Numbered from the stretch's first letter, positions 42,362 through 53,288 are shown. The stretch: DNA of 64,000 nucleotides from Deltaproteobacteria bacterium (GCA_033763315.1 JANRKS010000005.1:32001-96000); one strand, 5' to 3'. Program-made: numbers and translations. The notes: a model not told the origin generated them from the sequence alone.

Positions 42362-44382
42362 GACGGACGGCGCCGCCGGGCGACCATCGCTGCAGCAATC
42401 ATCGCGGCTCCCAATAACCAAGAATGCCATCCTAACGCTGGCACGGCCGTGGGCTGGTAATTCAGCAACACCGGCTTTTGCAGAATCACAGGCGTTCCCG
42501 TCATCGGATCAAGCACCGAGAAATTCAGCGTCGCCGTCAGCACGGGAGCCGAAAGCGGCACAGGCACTTCGTAGTTGCTAACGCCCGTGCTGGCACCGAG
42601 CAGATACAGCGTTGATCCGCCGCCCAGAAAGTTAACTTGAAGATTGGCGCTGCCCCACGAAGCTCCGACTTCCTTCGAGATCAATAACACCGGCGCATGC
42701 GACAAAGCCAAGTTCGTATTGAAGTCGCCCACGTCCAGTTTGTGGGACACGGGATCCCGCGTTGCCAAGGCACAAGGCAAACAGATGATCGGGGGTGGTT
42801 GAGGCAGCAACCAGGGAAAGCCCGAACCCGTCTCCGTCGCCGTGCCACAGCCTGCTCCGATGCATGGCGTAGCCGACCCGGTGGTCACAAACGGCGCACC
42901 CGCGGTGGCTACGTTGGCAAGCGCGGGATTGAGATCACCCGTGTCGGGATTGCCTGCCGGGCCCGTCTGGCACGTCGGCAGCACGGCTGGGCACTGGGAG
43001 TTGCCACCCGCGCAGACGGCGGACACGGCCTTGCACAAGTTGATCCTGCGTTGCGCTCCACACGGCGGGCTGGCGCAATAGTCAGCCGCGGTGGTCAAGG
43101 GCGTTCCCGTTTCATAAAGCAGGTCCGCCACTTCACGTGCGGAGAGGCTGGGATCATAGCCCCACACCACCGCGGCTGCGCCCGAAGTGATCGCCGCTGA
43201 GATCGATGTTCCTGTGACAGCCCCGGTGAAGCCTGCATAAAGGCCCGCTTCGTTGTCAGGGACCGACACGCTCCAGGAATAGGCGGCGATTCGCGGTGAG
43301 CCTCCCGCACGCGCGATGGTTAATCTGCGGTCCAAACCATCAACACCACCCGCTGAAACCAAAAACAGGCCGGCGGGCTCCGGCGCATACTGCGTGCCCT
43401 TGAGGAGATCCGCGCATGTTGACAACGATGGCGCAGGCTCGGACTCCCAAGCCGCAGGAAGCAGCGGTCCCTTATCAGCAGGTCCATTGGCGTTGCCTGC
43501 CGCAGCCACCACCAAAACACCGCGGCAAGATGCGTACGCGATAGCGTCGTAGACCGCTTGACTGGCCGGGCCTCGGCTGGCGCTGTCTTTGCTGTCCCAC
43601 CGTGGATCCCAACCCAGACTGAGGTTGATCACCTTGCGCTGCGAACGGGCTTCGTTGCTCGCGTCGTTAACGAAATCAAAGATGGCGCTCGCAAGATCGG
43701 TGGGTGTGCCGTGGGTGCCACCGTGAACTTCGTCGCGCGTTCCGTCGGCAAGGTATGCCAAACCGAGGTAGCTGTGCACAAGGCCAATGCAGCCGCCGGT
43801 GCTCGACGAGCCATCAGGATCAAAGGGGCATGACATTTCACGAATCACGCGCCCCACGATGCGGCCGTGATTGTACGTACCGCTCGGGCCTGCGGTGCCA
43901 TCGGTCGCTTCCTTCGGCGCCGAATCGATCACGCCCACAATGACGTTCGAAGGCCCGTTGCCTTGACCACGCACGTCCGCAAGGCGGCCGGTGCCGTTCT
44001 TGAAACTTTCGTAAAACCGCTTGGTCAAGTCAGATGTGCCAAGCAGGCTTGTGGCTGCCAGCGCCCCGATGATGCGACAATCTTTCTCAGCAACCCAATC
44101 CTTCGGCAGCACCAGATCGCCCTGCGTCACGTTCGGCGACCGGGTGTACACGCAATACCGAGAGAGGTTCTGTCCTCCAGCGCGGCCCGTGAGCAGCGTG
44201 CCCTGCCAAAACGCGGCTTCTGGACAACGTGCAATAGGCACGGGTGAGCGCGCGATCTGGCGCGTTTGCGAGCATGCATAGGGCGGTGGTACGTCGGCCA
44301 CGGCCGCCTCCCTTGCCACCAGGGGCAGCGCCAGAGTTGCTAGCAGTGTTAGTGACCACTTCATTGCTGGTTTCATGTGCAT
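42358..44382 (-). CDS. Secreted S8 subtilisin-like protease with C-terminal sorting tail
   Basis: VGVIDS, NHG, VINLSLG, AAAGN, GTSIS; ends VPAL-hydrophobic-RRRR. Confidence 0.85.
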   Translation of the reverse strand: MHMKPAMKWSLTLLATLALPLVAREAAVADVPPPYACSQTRQIARSPVPIARCPEAAFWQGTLLTGRAGGQNLSRYCVYTRSPNVTQGDLVLPKDWVAEKDCRIIGALAATSLLGTSDLTKRFYESFKNGTGRLADVRGQGNGPSNVIVGVIDSAPKEATDGTAGPSGTYNHGRIVGRVIREMSCPFDPDGSSSTGGCIGLVHSYLGLAYLADGTRDEVHGGTHGTPTDLASAIFDFVNDASNEARSQRKVINLSLGWDPRWDSKDSASRGPASQAVYDAIAYASCRGVLVVAAAGNANGPADKGPLLPAAWESEPAPSLSTCADLLKGTQYAPEPAGLFLVSAGGVDGLDRRLTIARAGGSPRIAAYSWSVSVPDNEAGLYAGFTGAVTGTSISAAITSGAAAVVWGYDPSLSAREVADLLYETGTPLTTAADYCASPPCGAQRRINLCKAVSAVCAGGNSQCPAVLPTCQTGPAGNPDTGDLNPALANVATAGAPFVTTGSATPCIGAGCGTATETGSGFPWLLPQPPPIICLPCALATRDPVSHKLDVGDFNTNLALSHAPVLLISKEVGASWGSANLQVNFLGGGSTLYLLGASTGVSNYEVPVPLSAPVLTATLNFSVLDPMTGTPVILQKPVLLNYQPTAVPALGWHSWLLGAAMIAAAMVARRRRPS

Positions 44383-44391
44383 GTGCTCTGT

Positions 44392-47073
44392 TCATTGTGC
44401 AATTGCGCGAAACGCCGCCCAATCGTGTTTGGCCGTTGGTTCGCTTAACAGCGCCAGCTGGGCCCGACGCAAAGCCGTTGATAGATCAGCAGCGCCTTTG
44501 CCGCGATAAAATGATCGAAACAAAGCGAAGGCGTCTTCATCCCTCACCGCGCGGGTGGTGGCGATCGCCAAAGACGCGCCCGCCAGAATGAACGCTTGTG
44601 CAATGCCCACGCCCGTGGCACCTGCATCCGCAGAACCGCAGCCCGACAACACAACTTCATCGGGCGCGTGCGGCAACGCCAAAATGTCACCGATCTCCAG
44701 CCGCAGCCCCTCGGCAAGGGGCAGGCCACCTTGTAGATTTGCAGGCCCACGATTCAAAGCGTGGCCTGCGTAATGAAACAAGCCCACGCGATCCAGCTCA
44801 TCGAGCATCTTGCTGCGCACCACTTCGTCTCCGCTCAAGAACAGCGTGGGCCGGGTTTGGTTCAACCACGAAGCCACAGACGAGCCTTCCTTGGCTGATC
44901 CCGGAAGATCTTTTTGTGAGTCTGCAACCACCAAAGCAGCTGCGGGGGCCTTTGTCTTCGCGGCCCGCGGTGGCAGATCCAGGCTGTAGCTGATGGGCTG
45001 CAAGGCCACCAACGGCTGGGTACCAACCATGACAGCGTGAAAATCGAGCATGGCCAGCCCCGGAGGCGCGATGATCGTAAGCGACCGCGCACCTTCGGGC
45101 AGGGGAAGCAGGGGTTCCATCAACGCCTCGGCCCGCGTGCGATCGTTGTTGGACGAGCCACTCACTTTATAGGCGGCGGTGTTACCCCGCCAAGCGGCAA
45201 ATGCAAGATAACCGTCGACGGCCTGCACAAACACCACCATCAACTCATCTGCTCCAGGCGCGCGCAGGGACACTTCGTTAACGCGCGGCCCTAGCACCGC
45301 CAAGGCGTCATCGAGGGCCGCCAGCATCCGCTGGACGTACGGCTGTCTTTGCACCGCCGCGTCCACCAATTCTCGCTGTGACAACGCCCAATCATGATCG
45401 CTAAGCGCGGCGATTTGCTCACGCTCGTGCCGGTACCGTGCCATGGCCGATTCCCACGTGGCCCGATCTTGGCCTGTTAGACGGGCCACTTGATCGGGAA
45501 GCAGCGAAACGGCAGCGGTCTGTCGAATGCTTCTGCGTGCCACGGCGATGGCTTCTGCGTTGCGATTTTCTTGCAACAATAAGTCAATCCACTCGCGCAC
45601 GCTTTGTTCGCGAAGTGTGACCAGCGAGGCGCGGCCCTCACTTACAGGCACCCAACGCCGTTCGTCATCCAAAATGTTTTGGGCCTTCGCAAAGGCTTCA
45701 AGCGCGAAGCGCGTTCGTCCCAATCCACGGTAGGCACGCGCTTTGCCAAACGTCGCGCGCCACTCGTCTTGCGGGCGAGCGCTGGCGGATGCCAGCTTCT
45801 CAAGCGAAGTATACGCAGCCAGCGCTTTGGTGAACTGTCGCTCTTGCAGGTTCACACGCCCTTGCAGCTCATGCCACCACAGCGCCACCGGCAAGGACTT
45901 GGCCATTGCGTCTTGTTGAACAGAGGCCAATCGAGATTTTGCACTTTGCACATCGTTGTGTTGAAGGTCGTCGATCACCGCTGTTAGTTGTGTTGAGTCG
46001 CGGTTGGGAGATCCAGGGCATGACTCGTCGTATTGTTTAAGAGCCTGTGCCACAAGCTCGTGTGCGCCTGCCGCTCTAGAAGCAGCGTCGGGCTCGTTTG
46101 ATTCGCGAGCCATCAGCAGGGCCCAGGCCTTCGACGACAACCAATCCGCACGTTGGCAGCCGTGGCTATCCCCACCGTCACCCGCCTCTGACAGACGATC
46201 AAACATCGCCTGCCATTGGCCCAGTTGCTGATAAAGCTGCGCCAATTGCATGCTGGTGGCTTGCACCAGTTTGGTAAAACCGAGCCGGCGCGCCGCGAAT
46301 GCCGCGTCACCCAGCAAGCGCAGCGCAGATCGTACGTCGCCCGTTTGGGCCGCGTTTAAACCGCGAAAATACAGCACATGCGCCTGGCCATCAGGATATT
46401 GCGGAGCTTGCGCCCACGCCTCGTCAAGGCGCTTTCGGCTTTCACCGTAGCTCCCGCGGTGCTCTAACTCTATGTACGCAAGCACCAACAAGTCATCACA
46501 CGCCTCGGCGGCGTGGCCAGCCTCTGCAAACAGCGCCACAGCCTCAACGAGATCGTGAAACGCAGAATCCAGTTGCCCTGCACGCAAAGACAAACGCGCG
46601 CGTTCACTCAAGGCCCGGGCCCTCGGCACGCCTTGTGATGAATCCAGCACCGCCTGCACGGCTTGCGACACGGCTGACACATTCCCGCTGTCGCGCGCTT
46701 CGCGCGCCCGCAACATAAGCGACGAGGGCGGCTCGATTCGCAGCGACCACGCGCGCGTGGTTCCCCCTGTTGTGGTCACTGTGAGCGTGCTTGCGGACGC
46801 CGGCACCGTGATCTGCAGCAGACGGCCTTCGTTTGCGGCAAGTGTGACAACGCTCGCGGCGCCCTTGTCGGTGGCGGCCACGATCGCGTCGCTCAACGGT
46901 TCCGTGAGGAGCACCCGCAACGAATTGGTTGCATCGAGAATGCAGGCGGCCCCGGGCAGCTGCTTGGCACAGCCAGAGATTTCAACCGCCAACGCCGCCG
47001 GTTCAGGATCACGGCACGCGACGGCCCAAAGCGCCGCCCAAATACACAGCCGCCTCTGTTGATGCCCGAACAT
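44392..47073 (-). CDS. TPR + CHAT (caspase-like) lipoprotein
   Basis: AVAC lipobox, TPR-like helices, FHYAGHA and VVLSGC dyad motifs, DWAAF; start uncertain. Confidence 0.85.
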   Translation of the reverse strand: MFGHQQRRLCIWAALWAVACRDPEPAALAVEISGCAKQLPGAACILDATNSLRVLLTEPLSDAIVAATDKGAASVVTLAANEGRLLQITVPASASTLTVTTTGGTTRAWSLRIEPPSSLMLRAREARDSGNVSAVSQAVQAVLDSSQGVPRARALSERARLSLRAGQLDSAFHDLVEAVALFAEAGHAAEACDDLLVLAYIELEHRGSYGESRKRLDEAWAQAPQYPDGQAHVLYFRGLNAAQTGDVRSALRLLGDAAFAARRLGFTKLVQATSMQLAQLYQQLGQWQAMFDRLSEAGDGGDSHGCQRADWLSSKAWALLMARESNEPDAASRAAGAHELVAQALKQYDESCPGSPNRDSTQLTAVIDDLQHNDVQSAKSRLASVQQDAMAKSLPVALWWHELQGRVNLQERQFTKALAAYTSLEKLASASARPQDEWRATFGKARAYRGLGRTRFALEAFAKAQNILDDERRWVPVSEGRASLVTLREQSVREWIDLLLQENRNAEAIAVARRSIRQTAAVSLLPDQVARLTGQDRATWESAMARYRHEREQIAALSDHDWALSQRELVDAAVQRQPYVQRMLAALDDALAVLGPRVNEVSLRAPGADELMVVFVQAVDGYLAFAAWRGNTAAYKVSGSSNNDRTRAEALMEPLLPLPEGARSLTIIAPPGLAMLDFHAVMVGTQPLVALQPISYSLDLPPRAAKTKAPAAALVVADSQKDLPGSAKEGSSVASWLNQTRPTLFLSGDEVVRSKMLDELDRVGLFHYAGHALNRGPANLQGGLPLAEGLRLEIGDILALPHAPDEVVLSGCGSADAGATGVGIAQAFILAGASLAIATTRAVRDEDAFALFRSFYRGKGAADLSTALRRAQLALLSEPTAKHDWAAFRAIAQ

Positions 47074-47503
47074 GAGTGTGCCATCAAGCCGCGCGTCAAT
47101 GCGCCTGGAAAACCTCTGCGACCATACGAAGAGCCACGACGGACGCAAGCGACGTTTGTGGTGAAATGCAATGAGCGAAACGAACTGATTACGTGATGCG
47201 TGCCATACCGTCACAAAGGTGTCGCTTTACTGCCGGTGGTTTCATGATCGAGTCGTGCTGTGTCAGCACGACGACCATTGATACTGATCTTGTGTGGCCT
47301 GTTGCTCGGGTGCGGTGATGATGGCGCCGCAAAGATGTCAACCGATGGGGGCCTCATTGATGCGCAAGCTTCGTCTTCACTCTGGACACGAACGTGGCCT
47401 AGATCAACAATGGCCGTGGGTCCACGTGGGGCTCCACAGCTTAACCCCAGGACGTTCTGGTGGGGCAGAAGTTCTCGGCTGCGCACAAGCATCGAGGGGA
47501 CAC

Positions 47504-49171
47504 ATGCCGTTTCAAAGCCAATACGCGAATCTGGTCTCCCAGAAAAGTGAAGCACACACGCGCCTCATTCGTGATTACGACGGCCCGAATCCAGACTTTG
47601 ACTACATCGTTATCGGATCGGGGATGGGCGGCGGCACGGTTGCAGACGCCTTGGCTGATCGCAATCCTGGCAAACGCATCCTCGTCGTGGACGCTGGATC
47701 ATTCGTTTACCCTACGCACGTTTACAACATCAGCCGCATCCCGAATGGATCGGTGGCAGCGCACTTCGGCGTCGACAACTTCTTGCAGACCGAAACACCG
47801 CAGCACTTCATCGGCAGCAAACCGCAACTTGTGTTCGGCGGACGCTCCATTTTTTGGTCGGGTCTCATCCCGCGGCCGCAGGATTGGGAGTTGGAATTCT
47901 TCCCCGACACCCTCCGCGCTGACTTGAAAGCCACGTATCTTTCGCTTGCCGCCGAGCGCATGAACGTCTCGCGTACCTTGGGCCAGAAAGCCAGCCAGCT
48001 GGTCGACCACTTTCGAAGCAGCCCGATCGCCAACGATTTTGACATCTACGAGACGCCGCGTGCCTTGCACCAGCCTTACCTATTGGCTGACGGCACGCCT
48101 ACGAATAACTTCTTCGTGGAGCCAACCGGCGTGTTCAATACGGCTGAGCTTCTTATCAACCAGACCGGTCTGACGCGCCCCGAGCTTGACCTCAACGGCG
48201 CCGGCTTGTTTGTCAAATTGAATAGCTTTGTCGAAGGTGTAAACAACGTTCCGTTCGATTGGTACGAAGTGAGGACGACCAACACGGTGACGGGTCAACA
48301 GCGCAGCTTCTACTCGCAAAAAGTGGTGATCGCGGCCGGTTCGACGGAAAGCCCAAAGCTTATCAACCGCTCGTCGGTGTTCCACACCTTGCCCAGCGAC
48401 ATCAAACAACTTGTGGGGTTTGGGCTCACGGATCACCCCGTCACAAGCGAATCGCAGGCTTATGTCACGGCTTTGGGGAACCCACCCATCGAAATCTCGC
48501 CCCATGATCACGCGAAGATCATCTTCTATTCCCGGGGTAAAACGGACGCCAACGGCAACCTGCAATATCCCTTTAACATTGAGATGAATATCAACCACGA
48601 GTATTGGCATTTGCGGAACAACGATCCGTCGGCAGGCCTCACCGATCACGATCCAACCCGCTCACGTGTGGACATCAAATTTAGCTTCGCCAACTGCCTG
48701 GACGACCAAAACGGCATTCACTCGCACGCCAACGATGGCTACACGCCCTACATCACATTTAAGCGCTTCGCCAACCTCGCCGACCTGCTGAACTCACGCA
48801 TCCCCGCCGTCGCCGGCTGGCAGAGCGACATTGCCAGCTTCATGACGCTGCTGAACCAAACGCGAGATCGTCTTTGGAATGAGTTCAATGATGTGCAGGT
48901 CATCACCGGGCCGTATGGGGGTTTCCCTGGCGAGCAATGGCCGTTCGGCTGGGGTACGGTTCACCATGCCTGCGGCACCCTGCGGATGCCGTGGAAAGCG
49001 AATCGGAATGCCGCTTTCAACCATCGATCCGTGGTCGACGAGAACTTGAAAGTGTTTGGCACCACGGGCCTCTACGTCTGCGATATGTCCGTGCTGCCCA
49101 TCAGCACCGCCGCGAATCCGGTGCGCGCCTTGGCTGGTTTGGCGCTGCGGCTGTCGGAGCATTTGAGTTGA
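47504..49171 (+). CDS. GMC family flavin oxidoreductase
   Basis: DYIVIGSGMGG, FGGRSIFW, AAGSTESPKL, GLTDH, HHACGTLRM, LYVCDMS, ANP. Confidence 0.9.
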   Translation: MPFQSQYANLVSQKSEAHTRLIRDYDGPNPDFDYIVIGSGMGGGTVADALADRNPGKRILVVDAGSFVYPTHVYNISRIPNGSVAAHFGVDNFLQTETPQHFIGSKPQLVFGGRSIFWSGLIPRPQDWELEFFPDTLRADLKATYLSLAAERMNVSRTLGQKASQLVDHFRSSPIANDFDIYETPRALHQPYLLADGTPTNNFFVEPTGVFNTAELLINQTGLTRPELDLNGAGLFVKLNSFVEGVNNVPFDWYEVRTTNTVTGQQRSFYSQKVVIAAGSTESPKLINRSSVFHTLPSDIKQLVGFGLTDHPVTSESQAYVTALGNPPIEISPHDHAKIIFYSRGKTDANGNLQYPFNIEMNINHEYWHLRNNDPSAGLTDHDPTRSRVDIKFSFANCLDDQNGIHSHANDGYTPYITFKRFANLADLLNSRIPAVAGWQSDIASFMTLLNQTRDRLWNEFNDVQVITGPYGGFPGEQWPFGWGTVHHACGTLRMPWKANRNAAFNHRSVVDENLKVFGTTGLYVCDMSVLPISTAANPVRALAGLALRLSEHLS

Positions 49172-49229
49172 AGGGCTCGTTTGCGCCCATCGGAGCTGCA
49201 CGAATCAACATCCAATCTTCAACGTTGCA

Positions 49230-49530
49230 TCCTTCACGCCGGCTGCCTTCAATTTGCTGCACCACTTCCCCCTTCAAGATGACAGAAGGGTTGCCTTCAC
49301 CGAGAAAGTACATGCAGAGACCTGTCCGGTGATGGTGCTCAACGCCTGTTCAATTTCCGTCGGGTCGGTGGTTGAATAGAACTTCACGTTGCCGCTGCGC
49401 GCTCGACCGCCCCCTTCTGCAAGCTGGGTTTAAAGCGGCGAAGTTGCTGGCTCCAGCAAGGGACACATCGGGAATGGCTATCCCCAGAACGAAGGTTGCA
49501 TATCCGGCGAGTCGAGCGTTCGCGTAAAGT
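49230..49530 (-). pseudogene. Degraded fragment resembling the C-terminus of a myxobacterial VWA protein
   Basis: Bottom-strand remnants TFVLGIA..FYSTTDPTEIEQALSTITGQVSACTF. Confidence 0.4.
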
Positions 49531-49559
49531 ACTCACGCTCCTTGTCGCGGGACCGGGGC

Positions 49560-50067
49560 GCTAAGGCACGGCGGTGCACTGCATTTGCACCGTGCCGTTG
49601 CGGCCTCTGATGTTTTCCACGCAGCGTCGGTTGAGCCATCGAAGGTCACGGTGATGCTGCGGCCACGAAAGCCCGTGTGAACGATCGATCCTGCGGAAGG
49701 GCAGCTGGCTTTGCAGGTTTTGATGCCGGTGATTGATGTCGAGCGGTTGACGTTGCCTACGGAAAGTTGCCAGGTACCATTGAGCTCCATGCACTCAGTG
49801 GCGGGATCGGCCACCACGTGAACTGCCCGTGCGCGTAAAGCGATTGCCTCGCTGGCCTACGCCATTGCCTGAAGACATCACTGTTAATCGTTTGTTCGCG
49901 CCTTCATTCGTGAGCAGCCCCGTGGAAGTGATATCCATCGTGGCTTGATTCACTTTCAAATCTTTGCTGGTTAGCGAAATCTGAACGCCGTTAGGCGTGT
50001 CTGAGAAAGTGGTGGTTAACGTTCCCGTGATTTGGCGCAGGCCCCGCGGGCCGGTGCAGGCTTGCAA
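49560..50067 (-). pseudogene. Frameshifted fragment of a beta-rich secreted protein
   Basis: CTGPRGL..ITGTL.. continuing in another frame as CPSAGSI..ITVTFDGS..W. Confidence 0.5.
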
Positions 50068-50069
50068 CG

Positions 50070-50325
50070 TGACATCGGCGACAACTCACTGGTCATGTGG
50101 ATTACGGAGTTTGGCAATGGGGCTTCACACAGCACAATGGACATTCCGATTGTGCTGGCCGGTAGCTTGGGCGGTGCTCTGAAAACAGACCGCTACATCA
50201 ACCTGGCGAACCCAACGTCATCGACCAACCGGCTGTTCGTCACAATCAGGAAGCTGTTTGGCATGCCCGACGACAGGTTCGGCAGTGGCCCCCGCAACAC
50301 GGGCACTTTGCCTGGCATCGCGTAG
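50070..50325 (+). pseudogene. C-terminal fragment of a DUF1552 gene
   Basis: DNSLVMWITEFGNG..H..IPIVLAGSLGGALKTDRY..FG. Confidence 0.75.
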
Positions 50326-50402
50326 CGGTTGCGAACTCAAATAGCTCCCGCATCTTGAGACCGCGGCATTGATCGGTGGCGTTCAATTGCCAGCCTCGCG
50401 CA

Positions 50403-50441
50403 CACGAAAAAACGGGACCCTTTCGGATCCCGTTCGTCGTG
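50403..50441 (-). terminator. Probable terminator
   Basis: aaaaaacgggaccctttcggatcccgtt hairpin with A-tract, downstream of 50459..51805. Confidence 0.6.
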
Positions 50442-50458
50442 GTTAACTGCGTCTGTGG

Positions 50459-51805
50459 TTACGTCTTGACGTTGACGTCGTCGATGCAGACGCAGGCGTC
50501 CTTGGGAGCGCGAATCTCAACCTTGAGGAGACCATCCCAGTTCAACGTCTTTGGTACGATACCGTTGAGGTAAACGGTTTCAGTCTTCTTGGTGGTGCTG
50601 CCCTTTGAATAGCCTGAAATCGTAGCCATCCTGTTGTTGTTGAGGTTGTATTCGTCGTTGATCTTCAAACTCGTCAATGAGAACGGCTCGCCGCTGTTCT
50701 TCGTGACCACGATGTGAGATCCGTTACCAACGCACAACCGCTTGCTGCCATTGTTTTCCGAGAGGTTTAAGACCCCGTTCGAGTAGAGGTCAACCGTGTT
50801 TTTAAACTCAATGCCAGTGGCCGTTGTCCAAACGTCGGTGCGGGTGTTGGTCTTACGGCCCGTTGCCTCGGCTTGAAAGTCCAGCGTGCGCGGCGTCCAG
50901 TTTTGGACGACGGTGCCGTTGTAGTTGCTGTTGACGTAGGTGACCAACACGTTTTGCCACGTATTATTGAACTGGCCGTAAGGCGCGTCAGACTTGCCGC
51001 AATCGATGTACTCGAAGTGCTCATTATCGGGCAGATACCTGGCGGTGCAAAGCCCATCCGCAACGCCATCGAAGAACGCGCTGGTGTCGGGACGGTAGCC
51101 GCTCCACGCCTTGTATGGATTGCTGGTGCTGGCGCCCAAACGCCCGGGGATGCTGGCTTTGAAGCCGTCGCCTTTGACGTACCAAGCTTGGGGAGGGTTT
51201 TGCGAGAGCATGTTGCCGAAGAACACGCCTTCTTGAATGTGAGCGTCACTGCCAGCTTGGTATGCCTCGCTGATGCCAACGGAAGGCATCTTGTTGGGAT
51301 CGCCGTTGATGTAGATGGGCACCTTGTTGCCGGTGCTGTTCATGTGGGCCATCATGCAGGCGCTGACCTTTTGTTGGCAGCTGGAATCGCAAGCGCCAGT
51401 CTTCCAACTCGTGCCGATACCGAGCCGTCCATAATAGCGGCGCATCACACCCGTGTTGTCGGCTTTGTCCAGATAGTCGCCATTCGCCAAGGCACACTTT
51501 GCCAAGTACTCCACCGTGGAGCGTCCGCCGTTTGAGGTCATCAAGCCATTCGAGGTCATCAGGCCGTTGATCGTGGAAAGGCCGTTGATCGTCGACAAGC
51601 CGTTGGACGTCATGAGACCGTTGGACGCCACCAAACCATTGATGGCCGATAAGCCGTTGATGGCCGAAAGGCCGTTCTCCGACGTCAGACCTTGCTTTAC
51701 GGGGTCATCTTGAAGCAGTGACGCTCCCTCCTCAGCAGGCGCGCCACACGCGGCCGCGCCGCCCAACAGCAAAGCACTCACCGACCACAACAGGCTCTTG
51801 GACAT
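50459..51805 (-). CDS. Lipoprotein with NGLxxx hexapeptide repeats
   Basis: AAAC lipobox; eight NGLxxx repeats, YLAKCAL, CDSSCQQKVSACM, QEGVFFGN. Confidence 0.8.
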   Translation of the reverse strand: MSKSLLWSVSALLLGGAAACGAPAEEGASLLQDDPVKQGLTSENGLSAINGLSAINGLVASNGLMTSNGLSTINGLSTINGLMTSNGLMTSNGGRSTVEYLAKCALANGDYLDKADNTGVMRRYYGRLGIGTSWKTGACDSSCQQKVSACMMAHMNSTGNKVPIYINGDPNKMPSVGISEAYQAGSDAHIQEGVFFGNMLSQNPPQAWYVKGDGFKASIPGRLGASTSNPYKAWSGYRPDTSAFFDGVADGLCTARYLPDNEHFEYIDCGKSDAPYGQFNNTWQNVLVTYVNSNYNGTVVQNWTPRTLDFQAEATGRKTNTRTDVWTTATGIEFKNTVDLYSNGVLNLSENNGSKRLCVGNGSHIVVTKNSGEPFSLTSLKINDEYNLNNNRMATISGYSKGSTTKKTETVYLNGIVPKTLNWDGLLKVEIRAPKDACVCIDDVNVKT

Positions 51806-51914
51806 TTTCTTTCTCCTTCGGAAACCCAGCCGGCTCGGTGAGCCCTGTTGGCTTTGCGTCCCGCGGTTGCCCGCGGTTTGCGTTTTTCGGGAAAATCCCC
51901 GCCCTTTCCGCCGT

Positions 51915-51930
51915 TGCAGAGCTTGTGCCG
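51915..51930 (-). promoter_or_regulatory. Putative sigma54 promoter
   Basis: Bottom strand CGGCAC-AAGCT-CTGCA; TGTTG/GCAACA boxes at about 51982-52021 upstream. Confidence 0.55.
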
Positions 51931-52180
51931 ACCGTTTTCCCTAAGAAACGCTGGGGCAGTTGGGATCTTGGCGGGCGCCTGTGTTGTGTGGCAGGCAACA
52001 GGTGTTGGTTTCGGTGCAACAGAAAGCAGGAGCAGCGAGATACGCCTACACCAGAGCGTCCGCACGACACTTCAGCTTGCGGCTACCTTTGCCCCGGCGC
52101 CGCCCGGGCCTCCCCAGCGAGCGGCTCCCGAACGATTTGCTCGGGCCACAAAAGGGGCCCGGGGTATAATTTGACGTGAA

Positions 52181-52950
52181 GTGGTTGAGACGCTGTTCTG
52201 TGACCGTGAAGGCACGATCTGGATAGGGACATCGGGAACCGGTTTGTTCCGAAAAGCTCCGGGCCTTGTTGATGTGCCCACGATCAGCGATACACGGGTT
52301 GGCGTGTTCTCTGTGCTCAAGACGCACGACAGCAAGCTTTGGGTTACGTCGACCGCTGGCGTGGACGTGCTGGACCAGCGCGGGGCGGTGCTGAAGCACT
52401 TTTCCTTGGAGGCCTTAGACATCTGGTCTCCGCGTGGAATGGCCGAGACGGAAGACCATAAGATTCTGATCGCTGCCGATGGCTTTGGGGTGCTTTATGG
52501 TGATGAGACTGGCTCACCAGACACACGATCGTCCGCGACAACGTACAAGCTGCTTCGCCTGCTGTGTTTTCACTTTCGCGAGGGCGCTTGGGCATTGCCT
52601 TTGGCGACCATGGCCTTCGGCTGACCTCAGCGGAAGCTTTGCACACTTCGTCAATGCCCTTCGCGGCGGGTGCCGATGTCGATATTGGCGTCGGACTTTG
52701 CCAAGGGCCCATCGTGGCCGCAGCCTACGACAAAGCCGGCACGATCTGGACAGCCCATAGCAAGGGGGGGCTTTCCTCGATTGCCGATAACGGAGTCACC
52801 TGCTTTAGCGACACGCACCCACTTCCCTCCCGCGAGCCGGTAAGTCTCGCTGCAGATCAGTACGGCCGGGTGTGGATAGGATTCGCTACGGCGGTGGGTC
52901 TTGGTTTACTGCAGGACGGCCGCGTGTCCATCATTCCACAAAGCGCGGGC
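52181..52950 (+). pseudogene. Fragment of a two-component regulator propeller sensor
   Basis: DREGTIWIGT, DSKLWVTS, DKAGTIW, DQYGRVWIG repeats, split across frames. Confidence 0.7.
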
Positions 52951-52955
52951 CTTCC

Positions 52956-53173
52956 GCCGCCGGCTCTGTTGGGTGATAAGCCACCCTGTCCCGCCTCGTT
53001 TTTACCTGCGCTTCCACCCGACGAGGGCGTGGCGCACGCAGCAACTGTCGCCACCCTGAACTTTGAGTTGGACATGAGAAGCCTTCCTGGTCGCGCCCCA
53101 AAGCGCCATCAACCCCACACCTAACCATGAACACTTCACGGCGACATCGTCACCCGGTAGCACACGATTCTAC
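52956..53173 (-). pseudogene. Inverted, internally deleted copy of the upstream region and 5' end of 55212..56270
   Basis: Same N-terminus MSNSKFRVATVA plus about 100 bp of upstream similarity starting gtagaatcgtgtg. Confidence 0.85.
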
Positions 53174-53288
53174 GCAGCAAAGACGAGAACGTGCGCGATC
53201 AGGTACAAACGTACCTGGTCGAAGCCGACGCATGGTGTAACCCTTGTGGTCATGCGGTCGGCGAGTTCTGTCGACCAAGGGAGCCTGT

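Noticed and set aside
51530-51680. 18-bp periodic repeats as a CRISPR array or VNTR
   Set aside because: In-frame NGLxxx coding repeats with synonymous variation and no spacers
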